Assembly (NCBI GenBank): GCA_963787125.1
Contig: CAWBBV010000007.1
Span: 288,001-352,000, forward strand
DNA length: 64,000 bases
Direction: 5' to 3'
Source: an uncultured delta proteobacterium
GTDB lineage: Bacteria > Desulfobacterota > Desulfuromonadia > Geobacterales > DSM-12255
Shown: positions 1-10,731 of the stretch, one piece after another
How the letters are laid out: each line of letters starts with the position of its first letter
Position numbering within the stretch: the first letter of the stretch is position 1
The notes under the pieces: generated by a model
Seen by the model: only the letters and a program-made list of their open reading frames with translations
Told to the model about the DNA's origin: nothing
Databases searched by the model: none
Translations under genes and position numbers: made by a program

Positions 1-813
1 CTGCCATGGAACCACCGTTGACGCAGCCGGAGCCATTCTTGCCGGCGGCATCCACATTGACAAGGCAATCACCGTAGTCCAAGGCGGAACCGCAACCCTG
101 ACCTACGGCGCCAACAAAACCTGTTCAACCAGCAGCTGCCACAGCGGCGGCGGCATCGTAGCATCAGTGGCAGCAGCCCAGTGGGGCGCCACCCTTAACT
201 GTAACGGTTGCCACGGCGGCCCTGCAGCTCTCGGCAGCAACATCCTTGCCAGCGGCAAGCACACAGCACATATCAACAACGGCAATCTCGGAGCATTCGG
301 CTGCGTTGAATGTCACGCCAAGACAGTATCAAGCGATACCGTCATTGGTACACCGGCAATGCACCTTAACAACATCATGAACTACTCCGGCGCCAAAGCC
401 GGTAAGTCAAGCACCTACGCAGCAGGCAACTGTTCCGCCACCTACTGTCATACTGATGGTAAAGGGACAGCGAAGAGCATGGCTGCCAATCTCTGGACCG
501 GTGCAACCACCCTTGACTGCAAAGGTTGCCACGGTTCCGACGCCTCCCCGGCCTTCACCAGCGTCGCTGGCGAGCCAAACTACACCAACGCCGGTGCCAA
601 CCTGGCTAAATCCAACAGCCACCAGAAGCACACCACAGCCGGTGCCAGCAGCTGCGTAAGCTGCCATGGAACCACCGTTGACGCAGCCGGAGCCATTCTT
701 GCCGGCGGCATCCACATTGACAAGGCAATCACCGTAGTCCAAGGCGGAACCGCAACCCTGACCTACGGCGCCAACAAAACCTGTTCAACCAGCAGCTGCC
801 ACAGCGGCGGCGG
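1..813 (+). repeat. Intragenic direct repeat, 660-bp period (1-153 identical to 661-813)
   Basis: Lines at 1/61/121 and 661/721/781 match base for base until 154/814. Confidence 0.97.
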
Positions 814-2506
814 TATTGTCTCCGGCGTAGCTGCTGCTCAGTGGGGCGCAACTCTTGATTGTGCCGGTTGTCATGGTAACAAAGCCAACGCTGCAACCAA
901 GCTGTCCGGCGCTCATAATTCTCACTTGAACAGTGCGTCAACGGGTGGAAACTTCAGCTGCGTAGATTGCCACGCAAATACAGTATCAAGCGATACAGTA
1001 ATCAGCAACACAGCTAATCACATGAACAGCCTGAAGAACTTCTCCGGCGCCAAGGCTGGAAAAAATGTAACCTGCGCAACCATCTACTGTCACTCCAACG
1101 GCAGAGGTAGTTTCGCTGTTATCCCGACATGGACCAGTGGCACGAACCTTGATTGTAACGGTTGCCATGGTAGCGCTGCTGCACCTCTCAGCACAAACTA
1201 TGCACACACAACACACGTTGTCACCAAGGGCTTTACCTGTAATTACTGCCACAGTGCTACAACCACCAATGGTACAAGTATAACCGGCTCTACTCACATC
1301 GACGGCAGCGTTAATATTCAGGTCGGTGCTTCATTAACATTCAATTCCAAGTCAGTAAGTTTCACCGGTGCAGGTACGACCTGTAGCAATATCTCCTGCC
1401 ACTCACCAGGAGCAGGAGCTAATGCAGGTACTGCTACTTGGGGTGTGAAAGCTACTTGCGAAACCTGTCACCCGAAAGCCGGACTCTCCGGTAACCACGC
1501 TGTCCATATGGGTGCTCTTACCCTTACTGACAGTGCAATACTTTACAACATGACTGCTAACCGCACTCCGGTTGCTAACGACACAGTCAAGCAGTACGGT
1601 TTTGGTTGTGCAAGCTGTCACCCGATGGATATTGCCAACCACCTTAACGGCTCAATCGACGTTGATATGGGCGCCAAGGTTGCCGGGGTCGGCACAATCC
1701 GCTTCCTCAACTCGACAACAGCCGGCCAGCTGCCTAGCTACTCTAGCGGAGCATGCAGCAATATTTACTGCCATAGTAATGCTTCAAGGGTTGCCACCGA
1801 GCTTGTCTACAAACCGACCCCAGCGTGGGTAGGTGGTTCATTCACTGGCGATCGCTGCGCTGCCTGCCATGCAAATCAGCCGGTTACAGGCGCCCATTCT
1901 GCTCACGCAGTCGGTAATCATACTGACAATATCTATAATGGCAAAAATGGTAAAATCGCTACCAGCGGCAGAGCTAATACTGCTCACGGAAATCCAGATA
2001 ACTCCACTACAATCGGCTGTTATATCTGCCACCAGGGGACTGTAACCAGCAAGGCTAACGACCTGAATGTCAAGTGCGTAGGTTGTCACTACTCCGGCAA
2101 CACAGTCGGCGCTACCCTTAAAGGCGTTGCGACTATCGCAAATCTCAAGAACCATGTTAACGGTACACGCGAGATTCAGTTCCTCGCTGTCAACGTAAAA
2201 AGCAAAGCCCAGATCAGAAACGAAAGCTTCAATTTCTACTCAGGTGTCTGGCAGCGTAGCTCATACAAAAACATGTCAACACTCTCATACGACACAGCCA
2301 AAGTTGCTTTGGATACAGCATCTATGTGGCATCCAGGTTCGCCTATGCAGAGCAGCTGTACCAATGTTGCCTGTCACAACCTGACAAACAAGTTTGTCAA
2401 ATACAGTTCAGCTAACGGTAAGGGCATTGGTCTCAAACCGGTATTCTGGAACCTTGCAAACTGGAACGATGCCAACAAGTGTATGGACTGTCACGACAAG
2501 CTCTAA
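2..2506 (+). CDS. Large multiheme c-type cytochrome with Geobacter-type CxxxxCH...CxxCH repeats (5' part outside window)
   Basis: Frame is open from position 2 (CHGTTVDAAG...). The visible part has 14 CxxCH and 7 CxxxxCH motifs in a repeating module; stop at 2504-2506. Confidence 0.92.
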   Translation, partial: CHGTTVDAAGAILAGGIHIDKAITVVQGGTATLTYGANKTCSTSSCHSGGGIVASVAAAQWGATLNCNGCHGGPAALGSNILASGKHTAHINNGNLGAFGCVECHAKTVSSDTVIGTPAMHLNNIMNYSGAKAGKSSTYAAGNCSATYCHTDGKGTAKSMAANLWTGATTLDCKGCHGSDASPAFTSVAGEPNYTNAGANLAKSNSHQKHTTAGASSCVSCHGTTVDAAGAILAGGIHIDKAITVVQGGTATLTYGANKTCSTSSCHSGGGIVSGVAAAQWGATLDCAGCHGNKANAATKLSGAHNSHLNSASTGGNFSCVDCHANTVSSDTVISNTANHMNSLKNFSGAKAGKNVTCATIYCHSNGRGSFAVIPTWTSGTNLDCNGCHGSAAAPLSTNYAHTTHVVTKGFTCNYCHSATTTNGTSITGSTHIDGSVNIQVGASLTFNSKSVSFTGAGTTCSNISCHSPGAGANAGTATWGVKATCETCHPKAGLSGNHAVHMGALTLTDSAILYNMTANRTPVANDTVKQYGFGCASCHPMDIANHLNGSIDVDMGAKVAGVGTIRFLNSTTAGQLPSYSSGACSNIYCHSNASRVATELVYKPTPAWVGGSFTGDRCAACHANQPVTGAHSAHAVGNHTDNIYNGKNGKIATSGRANTAHGNPDNSTTIGCYICHQGTVTSKANDLNVKCVGCHYSGNTVGATLKGVATIANLKNHVNGTREIQFLAVNVKSKAQIRNESFNFYSGVWQRSSYKNMSTLSYDTAKVALDTASMWHPGSPMQSSCTNVACHNLTNKFVKYSSANGKGIGLKPVFWNLANWNDANKCMDCHDKL

Positions 2507-2543
2507 CATTAGCAGTTAATAGCTTGATTACATGGTAACATTG

Positions 2544-2575
2544 CCCCCTGATCGTTTCGGTCAGGGGGTTTTTTT
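2544..2575 (+). terminator. Intrinsic terminator
   Basis: CCCCCTGA...TCAGGGGG stem followed by T7, after the cytochrome stop. Confidence 0.85.
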
Positions 2576-2589
2576 ATGGTAGCCGGTTA

Positions 2590-2617
2590 TTGAAGTTGCC
2601 GGATATTTGTGTATAAT
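2590..2617 (+). promoter_or_regulatory. Candidate sigma70 promoter
   Basis: TTGAAG-16 bp-TATAAT, 35 bp upstream of the ATG at 2653. Confidence 0.5.
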
Positions 2618-2652
2618 GCGCGCAATCTAGAACGCACGGAGGATACAACCTA

Positions 2653-3189
2653 ATGGCTGACGACAAAAAAGAGCCCTGGCTTAACTATCTGGCGCTAACG
2701 ACCGTAATACTTGCTGTCTGTGCAACACTTTCCACCTTCAAAGGTGGCGGTTACTCGACAAGGTCTGTCATGAGTCAGACACAAGCATCTGATCAGTGGG
2801 CATATTTCCAGTCAAAGAGCATTAAGAGTTATCTGTACGAGATGCAGAAAGACAAGATGGAGCTTGAGCTCAAAGCTGGCAGCGGAAAAATATCAAGAGA
2901 TGCGGCGGAAGAGTATTCAAAACGGATTGATGATTATGGCAAAAAAATAGCTAAATATGATAAAGAAAAAACTGATATTCAGGCTGAAGCCAAGCGGTTT
3001 GAATCGGTGAGAAACGATGCGCAAAAGCATTCGCAAATATTCGGAATTGCGGTCATCTATCTGCAGATTGCAATACTGCTGTCGTCCATAGCAGCGCTGA
3101 TAAAGAAGAAGATGCTCTGGCTGCTGGGTGTTATTGTCGGCTGTGTCGGAGTCGTATATTTTGCCAATGGATTTTTTCTGTTCATGTAA
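2653..3189 (+). CDS. DUF4337-like membrane protein
   Basis: N-terminal TM, ASDQWAYFQSKSIK motif, coiled coil, two C-terminal TMs; GGAGG RBS. Confidence 0.75.
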   Translation: MADDKKEPWLNYLALTTVILAVCATLSTFKGGGYSTRSVMSQTQASDQWAYFQSKSIKSYLYEMQKDKMELELKAGSGKISRDAAEEYSKRIDDYGKKIAKYDKEKTDIQAEAKRFESVRNDAQKHSQIFGIAVIYLQIAILLSSIAALIKKKMLWLLGVIVGCVGVVYFANGFFLFM

Positions 3190-3211
3190 ATCAGATTCAG
3201 TCTGATTTTAT

Positions 3212-3247
3212 AAAAGCCCCTCAAACTTATGGTTTGAGGGGCTTTTT
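3212..3247 (+). terminator. Intrinsic (possibly bidirectional) terminator
   Basis: AAAAGCCCCTCAAAC / GTTTGAGGGGCTTTT inverted repeat. Confidence 0.85.
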
Positions 3248-3386
3248 CGTTTTAATCAGAATTTGAAGCTGCAATTAGCGATAATTTATAAACAAGTAAA
3301 GTCAAGTGAGTGATTATATGTATTTTTATAAAATAAAATCGACACTAAATGAAATAGTGCCGCCTTGATTGGATATTCCGTCTTTT

Positions 3387-3400
3387 TTGACTTGTGTCAT
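3387..3400. promoter_or_regulatory. Crp/Fnr-family (HcpR/Fnr-like) operator upstream of nar operon
   Basis: TTGAC-TTGT-GTCAT, one mismatch to the perfect TTGAC-N4-GTCAA at 16382. Confidence 0.6.
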
Positions 3401-3509
3401 AAGCAAACGGCATTTTACAAAATATGGTGGTTGAAAGGCATCTGTGACGAGTGTCTTAAGTTTTTTGTTTATAACGCCATTTATCAGAAAATTAGCGGAG
3501 GGACTCAGA

Positions 3510-4343
3510 ATGAAATGTCACCTTAAGGTCTGCTCAGCAACTGTGGTAATGATGATTTTTTTATTCGCCAGCACTGCAAAAGCGAATGACGGCAAAATAG
3601 TGTTCGACAAGCAGTGCGCCAGTTGCCACACCATCGGTGGTGGTGAAAGTGGCGGCCCGGATCTAATAGGGATTACAGGAAAGCGTCCCGAAGCATGGTT
3701 GGTCCGGGTAATAGTCGAACCTGATAAGCTGACTGCTGAAAAGGATCCTGTTCAAGAGGGATTGATTAAGAAGTTCGGCTTTGAGATGCCGAATATTGGA
3801 GTTAATCGGGAAGATGCAAAAAAAATAATCTCCTATTTGCAGCAGAGTGGCGCAGATGGACATACGGCAAAGAGCTCTGTTAAGGGTGCTCCGGATGTGC
3901 AGACTAAAAAAGTGACTGAAAGTGCCCCAGCCATAAAACAAGCAGAGCTCTTACTTACTCCGGAATTGATTGCTAGCGGGCGGGCTCTGTTTATCGGCGA
4001 AAAGAAGTTCTCCAAGGGTGGCGCATCATGCTCATCATGCCATGCTTTCGGAGCTCAAGGCGTTGCCAGCGGCAATCTGGCAGCAGATCTTACCAGCATA
4101 TATGACAAAATGGGTGAACAGGGGATGCGTGGGGTTCTTAAAGCGCTTAAATTCCCGATCATGAAGAAGATCTATGCTGATAAACCGTTGACGGATGAAG
4201 AGGTAACCGCTTTGGTCGCCTTTGCCAAAGATGCGGCAACAAAAAAATCTGCACCTGATGGAGGTAGTTTTCCTCTGGCAGGTATTGTTGTCTTTATCTG
4301 TGCAATTATTGCTTTAAGTCTCTACAAGAGGAGGATTGGCTAA
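3510..4343 (+). CDS. narC: Diheme c-type cytochrome, NarC-like, C-terminal membrane anchor
   Basis: Signal peptide, CASCH and CSSCH, C-terminal TM. Stop overlaps narG ATG (TAATG). ATG 3510 has a GGAGG RBS. Confidence 0.75.
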   Translation: MKCHLKVCSATVVMMIFLFASTAKANDGKIVFDKQCASCHTIGGGESGGPDLIGITGKRPEAWLVRVIVEPDKLTAEKDPVQEGLIKKFGFEMPNIGVNREDAKKIISYLQQSGADGHTAKSSVKGAPDVQTKKVTESAPAIKQAELLLTPELIASGRALFIGEKKFSKGGASCSSCHAFGAQGVASGNLAADLTSIYDKMGEQGMRGVLKALKFPIMKKIYADKPLTDEEVTALVAFAKDAATKKSAPDGGSFPLAGIVVFICAIIALSLYKRRIG

Positions 4344-7300
4344 TGTCGCATGAACGAATTAAAGATGAGGTTTGTCCGGCAGGCCAGGAGTGGGAGGAGT
4401 TTTACCGCAATCGCTGGCAATATGACAAAGTGGTGCGTAGTGCCCACGGGGTCAACTGCACCGGTGCCTGTAGCTGGATGGTGCATGTAAAGGACGGTAT
4501 TGTCGCCTGGGAGCTGCAAGCCAACGACTATCCACAATTCAACGGGGACATCCCCAATCATGAGCCGCGTGGATGTCCCCGGGGGATAAGCTTTTCCTGG
4601 TACCTCTACTCTCCGCTGCGCGTCAAGCATCCCTACATGCGCGGTGTGCTGATAGATCTCTGGCGCCGGGCGCGGACAGTTCATGCTGATCCGTTCGAGG
4701 CGTGGAAAAGCATCGTCGAGAACCCCGAGTCGCGCGAGAGCTATGTCACGAAACGCGGCATGGGGGGCTTCCGCCGCTCCTCCTGGGACGAAGCGAATGA
4801 ACTGATCGCCGCCTCATCCCTCTACACCGCCAAGAAGCATGGTCCGGACCGGGTCATCGGCTTTTCTCCCATTCCGGCGATGTCGATGATCAGTTACGCG
4901 GCCGGTACCCGTTTTCTCCAGCTGCTTGGCGGCGTTGCCATGAGTTTCTACGACTGGTACTGCGACCTGCCACCGGCCTCACCCCAGGTCTGGGGCGAAC
5001 AGACCGACGTCAATGAATCGGCTGACTGGTATAACGCCTCCTATATAGTCCTCTGTGGATCAAATGTTCCCATGACCCGCACTCCTGACGCCCATTTTAT
5101 GACCGAGGCCCGCTACCGCGGCACCAAGGTCGTGGTCATGTCGCCGGATTACAACATGGCCTGCAAGTTTGCCGACGCCTGGATGCCGGTTGAACAGGGT
5201 CATGACGGCGCCTTCTGGATGGCGGTTAATCATGTCATCCTGACCGAATTCTATGCAAATCGCCAAGTTTCATTCTTCGACGACTATGTGCGCAAGTACA
5301 CCGATCTGCCGTTTCTGGTTAAACTGTCCGAAAAGGACGGTACCCTGCGCCAGGGAGAATTCCTGCGTGCCTCTGAAATGGAGCGGGCCTCCGGCATCGA
5401 GAACGCCGACTGGACGCTCTGCGTCGGCGATAGCGCCGGCAACGTCCGCATCCCCCATGGCAGCCTGGGTTCACGCTGGAGCAAGCAGGAGGGGAACTGG
5501 AATCTGGACATGACCGATCTCGTGGATGGCGGCGAAATCGACTGCGCCCTGACCAACCTGGGCCAAAAAAGTGCTGCTGTCCGCTTTACCTTCGAGGCTG
5601 ACGGCGATGTTGTCAGAAGTGTTCCGGTACGACACGTCATGACAAATGATGGCGAGGTTACCGTCGCCACCGTGTTTGACCTTATGATGGCCCAGTTCGG
5701 CGTTGCGCGGGGTCTTGACGGTGATTACCCGAAAGACTATCAAGATGACAAACCGTTTACTCCGGCCTGGCAGGAAAAATATACCGGCATAGCTGCCGAG
5801 AGCCTGATCACCATGGCTCGTGAATGGGCAGTTAACGGCGAACAGAGCGGCGGTCGCAATATGATCATCGTTGGTGCCGGTATCAACCACTGGTACCACA
5901 ACGACCTGATCTACCGGGCCGCCATCACCGCCCTGATACTGACCGGGAGCGTCGGCAGGAATGGCGGCGGACTCGGCCATTACGTCGGCCAGGAGAAGGT
6001 CGTGCCGCTGGCCCCCTGGACCAGCATCGCCATGGCCCAGGACTGGACCAAGGCATCAAGGCTGCAAAATACCCCCAGTTTCTGGTACATGCACTCCGAC
6101 CAATGGCGCTATGACCGCAACTTTGTCGACTATTTCAAGCCGGAGACCGGCGAAAACATGCCGATGCATACCGCCGATTTTAATGCCAAAGCGGTTCGGC
6201 TCGGCTGGCTTCCCTTCTCACCCCATTTCAACGAGAGCCCGATCCGTTTGATGGAGCAGGCTGCCGCAGCCGGTGCCACGACCGATGACGAAGTCCGTGC
6301 CTGGTTGGTGGGGCGGCTCAAGAGCGGCGCAACCCGTTTCGCCATTGAAGATCCGGACGGGGAGGGGAATTCTCCCAAGGTCTGGTTTATCTGGCGCGGC
6401 AACGCCATCTCTTCCAGCGCCAAAGGACACGAATTTTTCCTCAAGCATGTCATCGGCGCTCCCAACAGCAGCTTTACTGCCAGAGAGGCGGCCAAGGGGC
6501 AGGTCAAGGATATCGTCTGGCACGAGAAAGCCCCCAGCGGCAAGATGGATCTGGTGGTTGACCTGAACTTCCGCATGGACACATCGACCCTCTATTCCGA
6601 CATCGTGCTGCCGGCCGCGACCTGGTACGAGAAATCGGATCTGAATACCACTGACATGCACTCATTTGTCAACTGCATGGACGCTGCCGTTGATCCGGCC
6701 TGGGAATCCAAATCAGATTGGAGCATTTTCGCGGACATCGCTAAAAAAGTCAGCGAACTTGCGCCCGGACATTTCCCGCTACCGTTCAAGGATATCCTGG
6801 CGACGCCGCTGTTGCACGACACCCCGGGGGAAATCGCCCAGCGGAGTGTCAAGGACTGGAAACTGGGGGAGTGTGAGGCAATTCCGGGCAAGACCATGCC
6901 GAACTTACCCATCGTCGAGCGTGATTACGTCAATCTCTATAACCGTTTCATGTCGCTCGGACCACACATTGGTCACCTCCACGCCCACGGCGTGAATTTT
7001 GAGGCGGAGGATGTGCACGCAAAGCTCCTCAAGGAGATGCCGACCCGTTCATGGGGGGGTAAAACCTGCATCGATCTGGAAGATGCCCGTATCGTCGCAG
7101 ACGTGCTGATGGCTTTTGCCCCGGAAACCAACGGTGAACTGGCCCATCGTGCCTATCAGAATCTGGAGAAGCGGGTCGGCAAGCCGCTCAGTCAGATTTC
7201 TGCCGGTAACCGCGACTTCCGCGTCAGTTGGGAGGATATCACCCAGAAGCCGCAACGTTTTATCAGTACGCCGGTCTGGAGTGGACTGGTCAACGAGAAT

Positions 7301-7919
7301 CGACCGTACGCCCCATACACCCTCAATGTGGAGCATGGCGTCCCCTGGCGCACCCTCATCCGGACGCCAGTCACTCTACCTCGATCACCCTTATTACGGC
7401 GAATTCCATGAGGGGTTGCCGACTTTCAAGGCAAAGCTCGACACGGCCATCCTGGACGAAACCGAGGGTGAAACCGGCCTGGTTCTGAATTTTCTTACGC
7501 CACACGGCAAGTGGGGCATCCATTCCACCTACACCGACAACCAGCGGATGCTGACTCTTTCGCGGGGTGGTCCGGTCGTCTGGCTCAACCATGAAGATGC
7601 TGCCGGTGCCGGGATTGAAGATAACGAGGCGATCGAGGTCTTTAACGCCAACGGCGTCGTCACCAGCCGCGCCTGTGTTTCGTCGCGGATTCCAAAAGGA
7701 GCTGCCGTCATGTATCACGCTCCGGAGAGAACCCTCGATGTGAAAAAGTCCCGCAAAAGCGGCAAGCGCGGCGGCGTGCACAACAGCCTCTCCCGTATCC
7801 GACTGAAGCCGACGCTGATGCTTGGCGGCTATGCACAGTTCAGTTACTACTTCAACTACTGGGGGCCGACCGGAGTTAACCGGGATAGCTACGTGGTTGT
7901 CAGAAAGTTGAGGGGGTGA
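4343..7919 (+). pseudogene. narG: Respiratory nitrate reductase alpha subunit, split by one extra base near 7358-7360 (real lesion or sequence error)
   Basis: HGVNCTGACSW FS0 motif, SFYDWYCDLP, TPHGKWGIHST and C-terminal FNYWGPTGVNRD. ORFs 4343-7411 and 7116-7919 join at PWRTL(T/S)GRQSLYLDHP if one base is removed. Confidence 0.9.
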
Positions 7920-7923
7920 AACG

Positions 7924-9375
7924 ATGAACGTCAGAGCACAACTGGTAATGGTATTCAATCTGGACAAATGCATCGGTTGCCATGCCTGCAGCATCTCCTG
8001 CAAGAATATCTGGACCGACAGGAAAGGGGCCGAGTACATGTGGTGGAACAACGTCGAAACCAAGCCCGGCGTCGGTTATCCGAAAAATTGGGAAAGTCAG
8101 GACAAATTCAAGGGGGGCTGGCGGCGAGATGACGGCAAACTGAAGCTGCGGGCTCTGGGAAAAGGGCCGACACTGCTCAACATGTTCTTCCAGCCCAACA
8201 TGCCGAAGCTGGATGACTACTACGAGCCGTTCGATTTCGATTACAGCAATCTCTACAAGGCGCCCCCTGGCAGCGACCAGCCGGTGGCCGAAGCAATTTC
8301 ACAAATCTCCGGCAAGCGGATGGAGGAGATCACAAACGGCCCCAACTGGGACGACGATCTCTCCGGCTCACAGATCTATGCCGTCCAGGATGTCAATCTC
8401 GAAGATAGCACCCTTGTTGCTGACTATGGCCGCATGTTCATGCAGTATCTCCCCCGTATCTGCAATCACTGCCTGAACCCGGCCTGCGTCGCCTCCTGCC
8501 CCTCCAGGGCCATCTACAAACGGGGTGAAGACGGTGTCGTGCTGGTGGATCAGGAGGTCTGCAAAGGTTGGCGTTTCTGCACCAGCGCCTGTCCGTACAA
8601 GAAGGTCTATTTCAACTGGCAGAGCGGCAAGGCGGAAAAGTGTATCTTCTGTTTCCCCCGCACCGAGTCCGGTCAGTGCAACGCCTGCGCCCACAGCTGC
8701 GTCGGCCGGATCCGCCATGTCGGCGTGCTTCTTTATGATGCCGACCGGGTTGAAGCTGCGCTTTTAAAAGAGGATGCCCAGCTGGTAGCGGCTCATCGCG
8801 ACGTTATCCTGGATCCACACGATCCGCAGGTTCGGGAAGCGGCCCGCAAAAACGGCGTCACTGATCAGTGGCTTGAGGCGGCGGAAAAGTCCCCGGTATA
8901 CGCTCTGGTGAAGGAATTTGCCGTGGCCCTGCCGCTGCACCCGGAATTCAGAACCATGCCGATGGCTTACTATATCCCGTCCCTCTCCCCGGTTATTTCC
9001 AGTGGTGGCGATCTTCACAAACTTGCCGACCATGGCACCTTCCCGCTTCTGGCATCGATGCGGGCACCGATCAGTTTCCTGGCAAGTCTGCTCTCAGGAG
9101 GCAATCAGGAGATAATTGCCGAGGTGCTGCGCAAGCAGATCGCCCTGCGGCTCTTCAAACGGGCCGAAAATCTCGGCCAGACTATTGAACCGTCAATTCT
9201 GAAAAATGCCGGTCTGGATGAAGCGGGAGCCAACAAGCTCTACCGTCTCTTCACCATTGCCCCTTACCGTGAACGCTTCATCGTCCCGACGCAGCAGCGG
9301 GAGATGCAGGGTCCGCAAGAGCGCAAGGGTGCCAGTGGCTTCGGAATTCTGAAGAAGACCAGGAGGCCGAAATGA
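7924..9375 (+). CDS. narH: Nitrate reductase beta (Fe-S) subunit
   Basis: NLDKCIGCHACSISCK, PRICNHCLNPACVASCP, CKGWRFCTSACPYKK, EKCIFCFPR. Confidence 0.97.
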   Translation: MNVRAQLVMVFNLDKCIGCHACSISCKNIWTDRKGAEYMWWNNVETKPGVGYPKNWESQDKFKGGWRRDDGKLKLRALGKGPTLLNMFFQPNMPKLDDYYEPFDFDYSNLYKAPPGSDQPVAEAISQISGKRMEEITNGPNWDDDLSGSQIYAVQDVNLEDSTLVADYGRMFMQYLPRICNHCLNPACVASCPSRAIYKRGEDGVVLVDQEVCKGWRFCTSACPYKKVYFNWQSGKAEKCIFCFPRTESGQCNACAHSCVGRIRHVGVLLYDADRVEAALLKEDAQLVAAHRDVILDPHDPQVREAARKNGVTDQWLEAAEKSPVYALVKEFAVALPLHPEFRTMPMAYYIPSLSPVISSGGDLHKLADHGTFPLLASMRAPISFLASLLSGGNQEIIAEVLRKQIALRLFKRAENLGQTIEPSILKNAGLDEAGANKLYRLFTIAPYRERFIVPTQQREMQGPQERKGASGFGILKKTRRPK

Positions 9376-9920
9376 CCAGAGCCGACAGCTACGAAGCCCT
9401 GTCCCGGCTGATCGACTATCCGGCGGAGAAAACCGGACTACAGAGTGACTGCACTATGGTGAGTGGCTTTATGAAGCAGCAGAAGATGAATTCAAAGCTG
9501 CTTTCAGCCTTTGCTGATTTTGCCGAAACAGCAACTCTGGCCGCGCTGCAGGAGGAGTACGTCGCCACCTTTGACTTCAATCCGGCCACCGCCCCCTATC
9601 TTGGTCATCACCTGTTTGGCGACAATCAGAAGAAGGGTGGTTACATGATCATGCTGAAGCAGGAGTACCTGCGGTGCGGCTACAGCCCCGAAGGGGTCGA
9701 ACTGCCTGATCATCTTGCCGTGGTGCTGGGGTTCCTGGCCCACCTTGCCAGGGGGAAAGGCACCGTCCCCCGGCAGAAATTCATTGCCGATTGCGTTTTG
9801 CCGGGGGTTGAACGATTGCATACCGCTTTTGGCGAGCGGCAGGAGTCACCTTGGAAATCCCTGGTTGAAACAGCAAGGCTGCACTGTGCTGAAGATTGCA
9901 AGGAGGTGCATTCATGTTAG
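9372..9920 (+). CDS. narJ: Nitrate reductase Mo-cofactor assembly chaperone
   Basis: LQEEYVATFD and ELPDHL motifs; position in operon. Confidence 0.92.
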   Translation: MTRADSYEALSRLIDYPAEKTGLQSDCTMVSGFMKQQKMNSKLLSAFADFAETATLAALQEEYVATFDFNPATAPYLGHHLFGDNQKKGGYMIMLKQEYLRCGYSPEGVELPDHLAVVLGFLAHLARGKGTVPRQKFIADCVLPGVERLHTAFGERQESPWKSLVETARLHCAEDCKEVHSC

Positions 9921-10585
9921 ACAGCTTCATTTTCGTAGTTATGCCCTACGCAGCCCTGGCGTTATTGATCTTTGTCACACCCTACCGCTACTACAGTAAC
10001 CGGCTGACCTGGACAGCCTATTCAACCCAGTTCCTGGAGAAGAATACGCTTTACTGGGGCTCTGTGCCGTGGCATTTCGGCATCCTCCTGGTACTGCTGG
10101 GGCATCTGGCCGGGGTTGTCTGTCCCCACGCCATGCACAGATTGCTGGCCAACCAGCAGCTGCTGGTCCTTTTGGAGAGTGTCGGGCTGGCGTGCGGCCT
10201 GCTGGCGTTAATGGGAAGCGTCCTGCTGCTCTTGAGGCGCGTCAATAAGGGTATTCTGAAGCAGGTTACCTTCTGTAGCGACTGGGTGCTCCTCTATCTC
10301 CTCGTCATGCAGGCCGCCACCGGGATTTATATCGCCACCGCCATGCGCTGGGGCTCTGTCTGGTATCTGGATACGGCAGTGCCATATTTCTACTCGCTAC
10401 TGTCGTTCAAGCCTGAACTGGGGTATGTGGCGGATTTCCCGCTGATCTTCAAACTCCATTCTGCCGGAGCCTTTCTGATACTGGCGCTGCTGCCTTTTAC
10501 CAAGCTTGTTCACCTCCTCTTTTCACCGGTGGCTTTTTTGAGAGATGCGCCGATTCTTTACCGCTGGCGCGGTAATAGATTTTAG
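9914..10585 (+). CDS. narI: Nitrate reductase gamma (cytochrome b) subunit
   Basis: Five TMs, PWHFGI...GH, FKLH, PFTKLVH; ATG 9914 follows AGGAGGT. Confidence 0.95.
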   Translation: MLDSFIFVVMPYAALALLIFVTPYRYYSNRLTWTAYSTQFLEKNTLYWGSVPWHFGILLVLLGHLAGVVCPHAMHRLLANQQLLVLLESVGLACGLLALMGSVLLLLRRVNKGILKQVTFCSDWVLLYLLVMQAATGIYIATAMRWGSVWYLDTAVPYFYSLLSFKPELGYVADFPLIFKLHSAGAFLILALLPFTKLVHLLFSPVAFLRDAPILYRWRGNRF

Positions 10586-10586
10586 T

Positions 10587-10691
10587 CCCCTCTCCATGAG
10601 GGAGAGGGCTAGGGTGAGGGGGAAATGCTGGATACTTGCACCGCTCCCCCTCATCCGGCCTTCGGCCACCTTCTCCCTCAAGGAGAAGGGA
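10587..10691. repeat. BoxC/CIR-like composite palindromic intergenic element
   Basis: CCCCTCTCC-n5-GGAGAGGGCTAGGGTGAGGGGG facing CCCCCTCATCCGGCCTTCGGCCACCTTCTCC-n5-GGAGAAGGG. Confidence 0.7.
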
Positions 10692-10731
10692 TTAGCCGAG
10701 ACTTAGACATTGCCCAAGAAGGAGTTTGCAG

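Noticed and set aside
7116..7357. Separate gene starting at 7116
   Set aside because: Only the part after ~7360 is NarG-like; the start is out-of-frame sequence.
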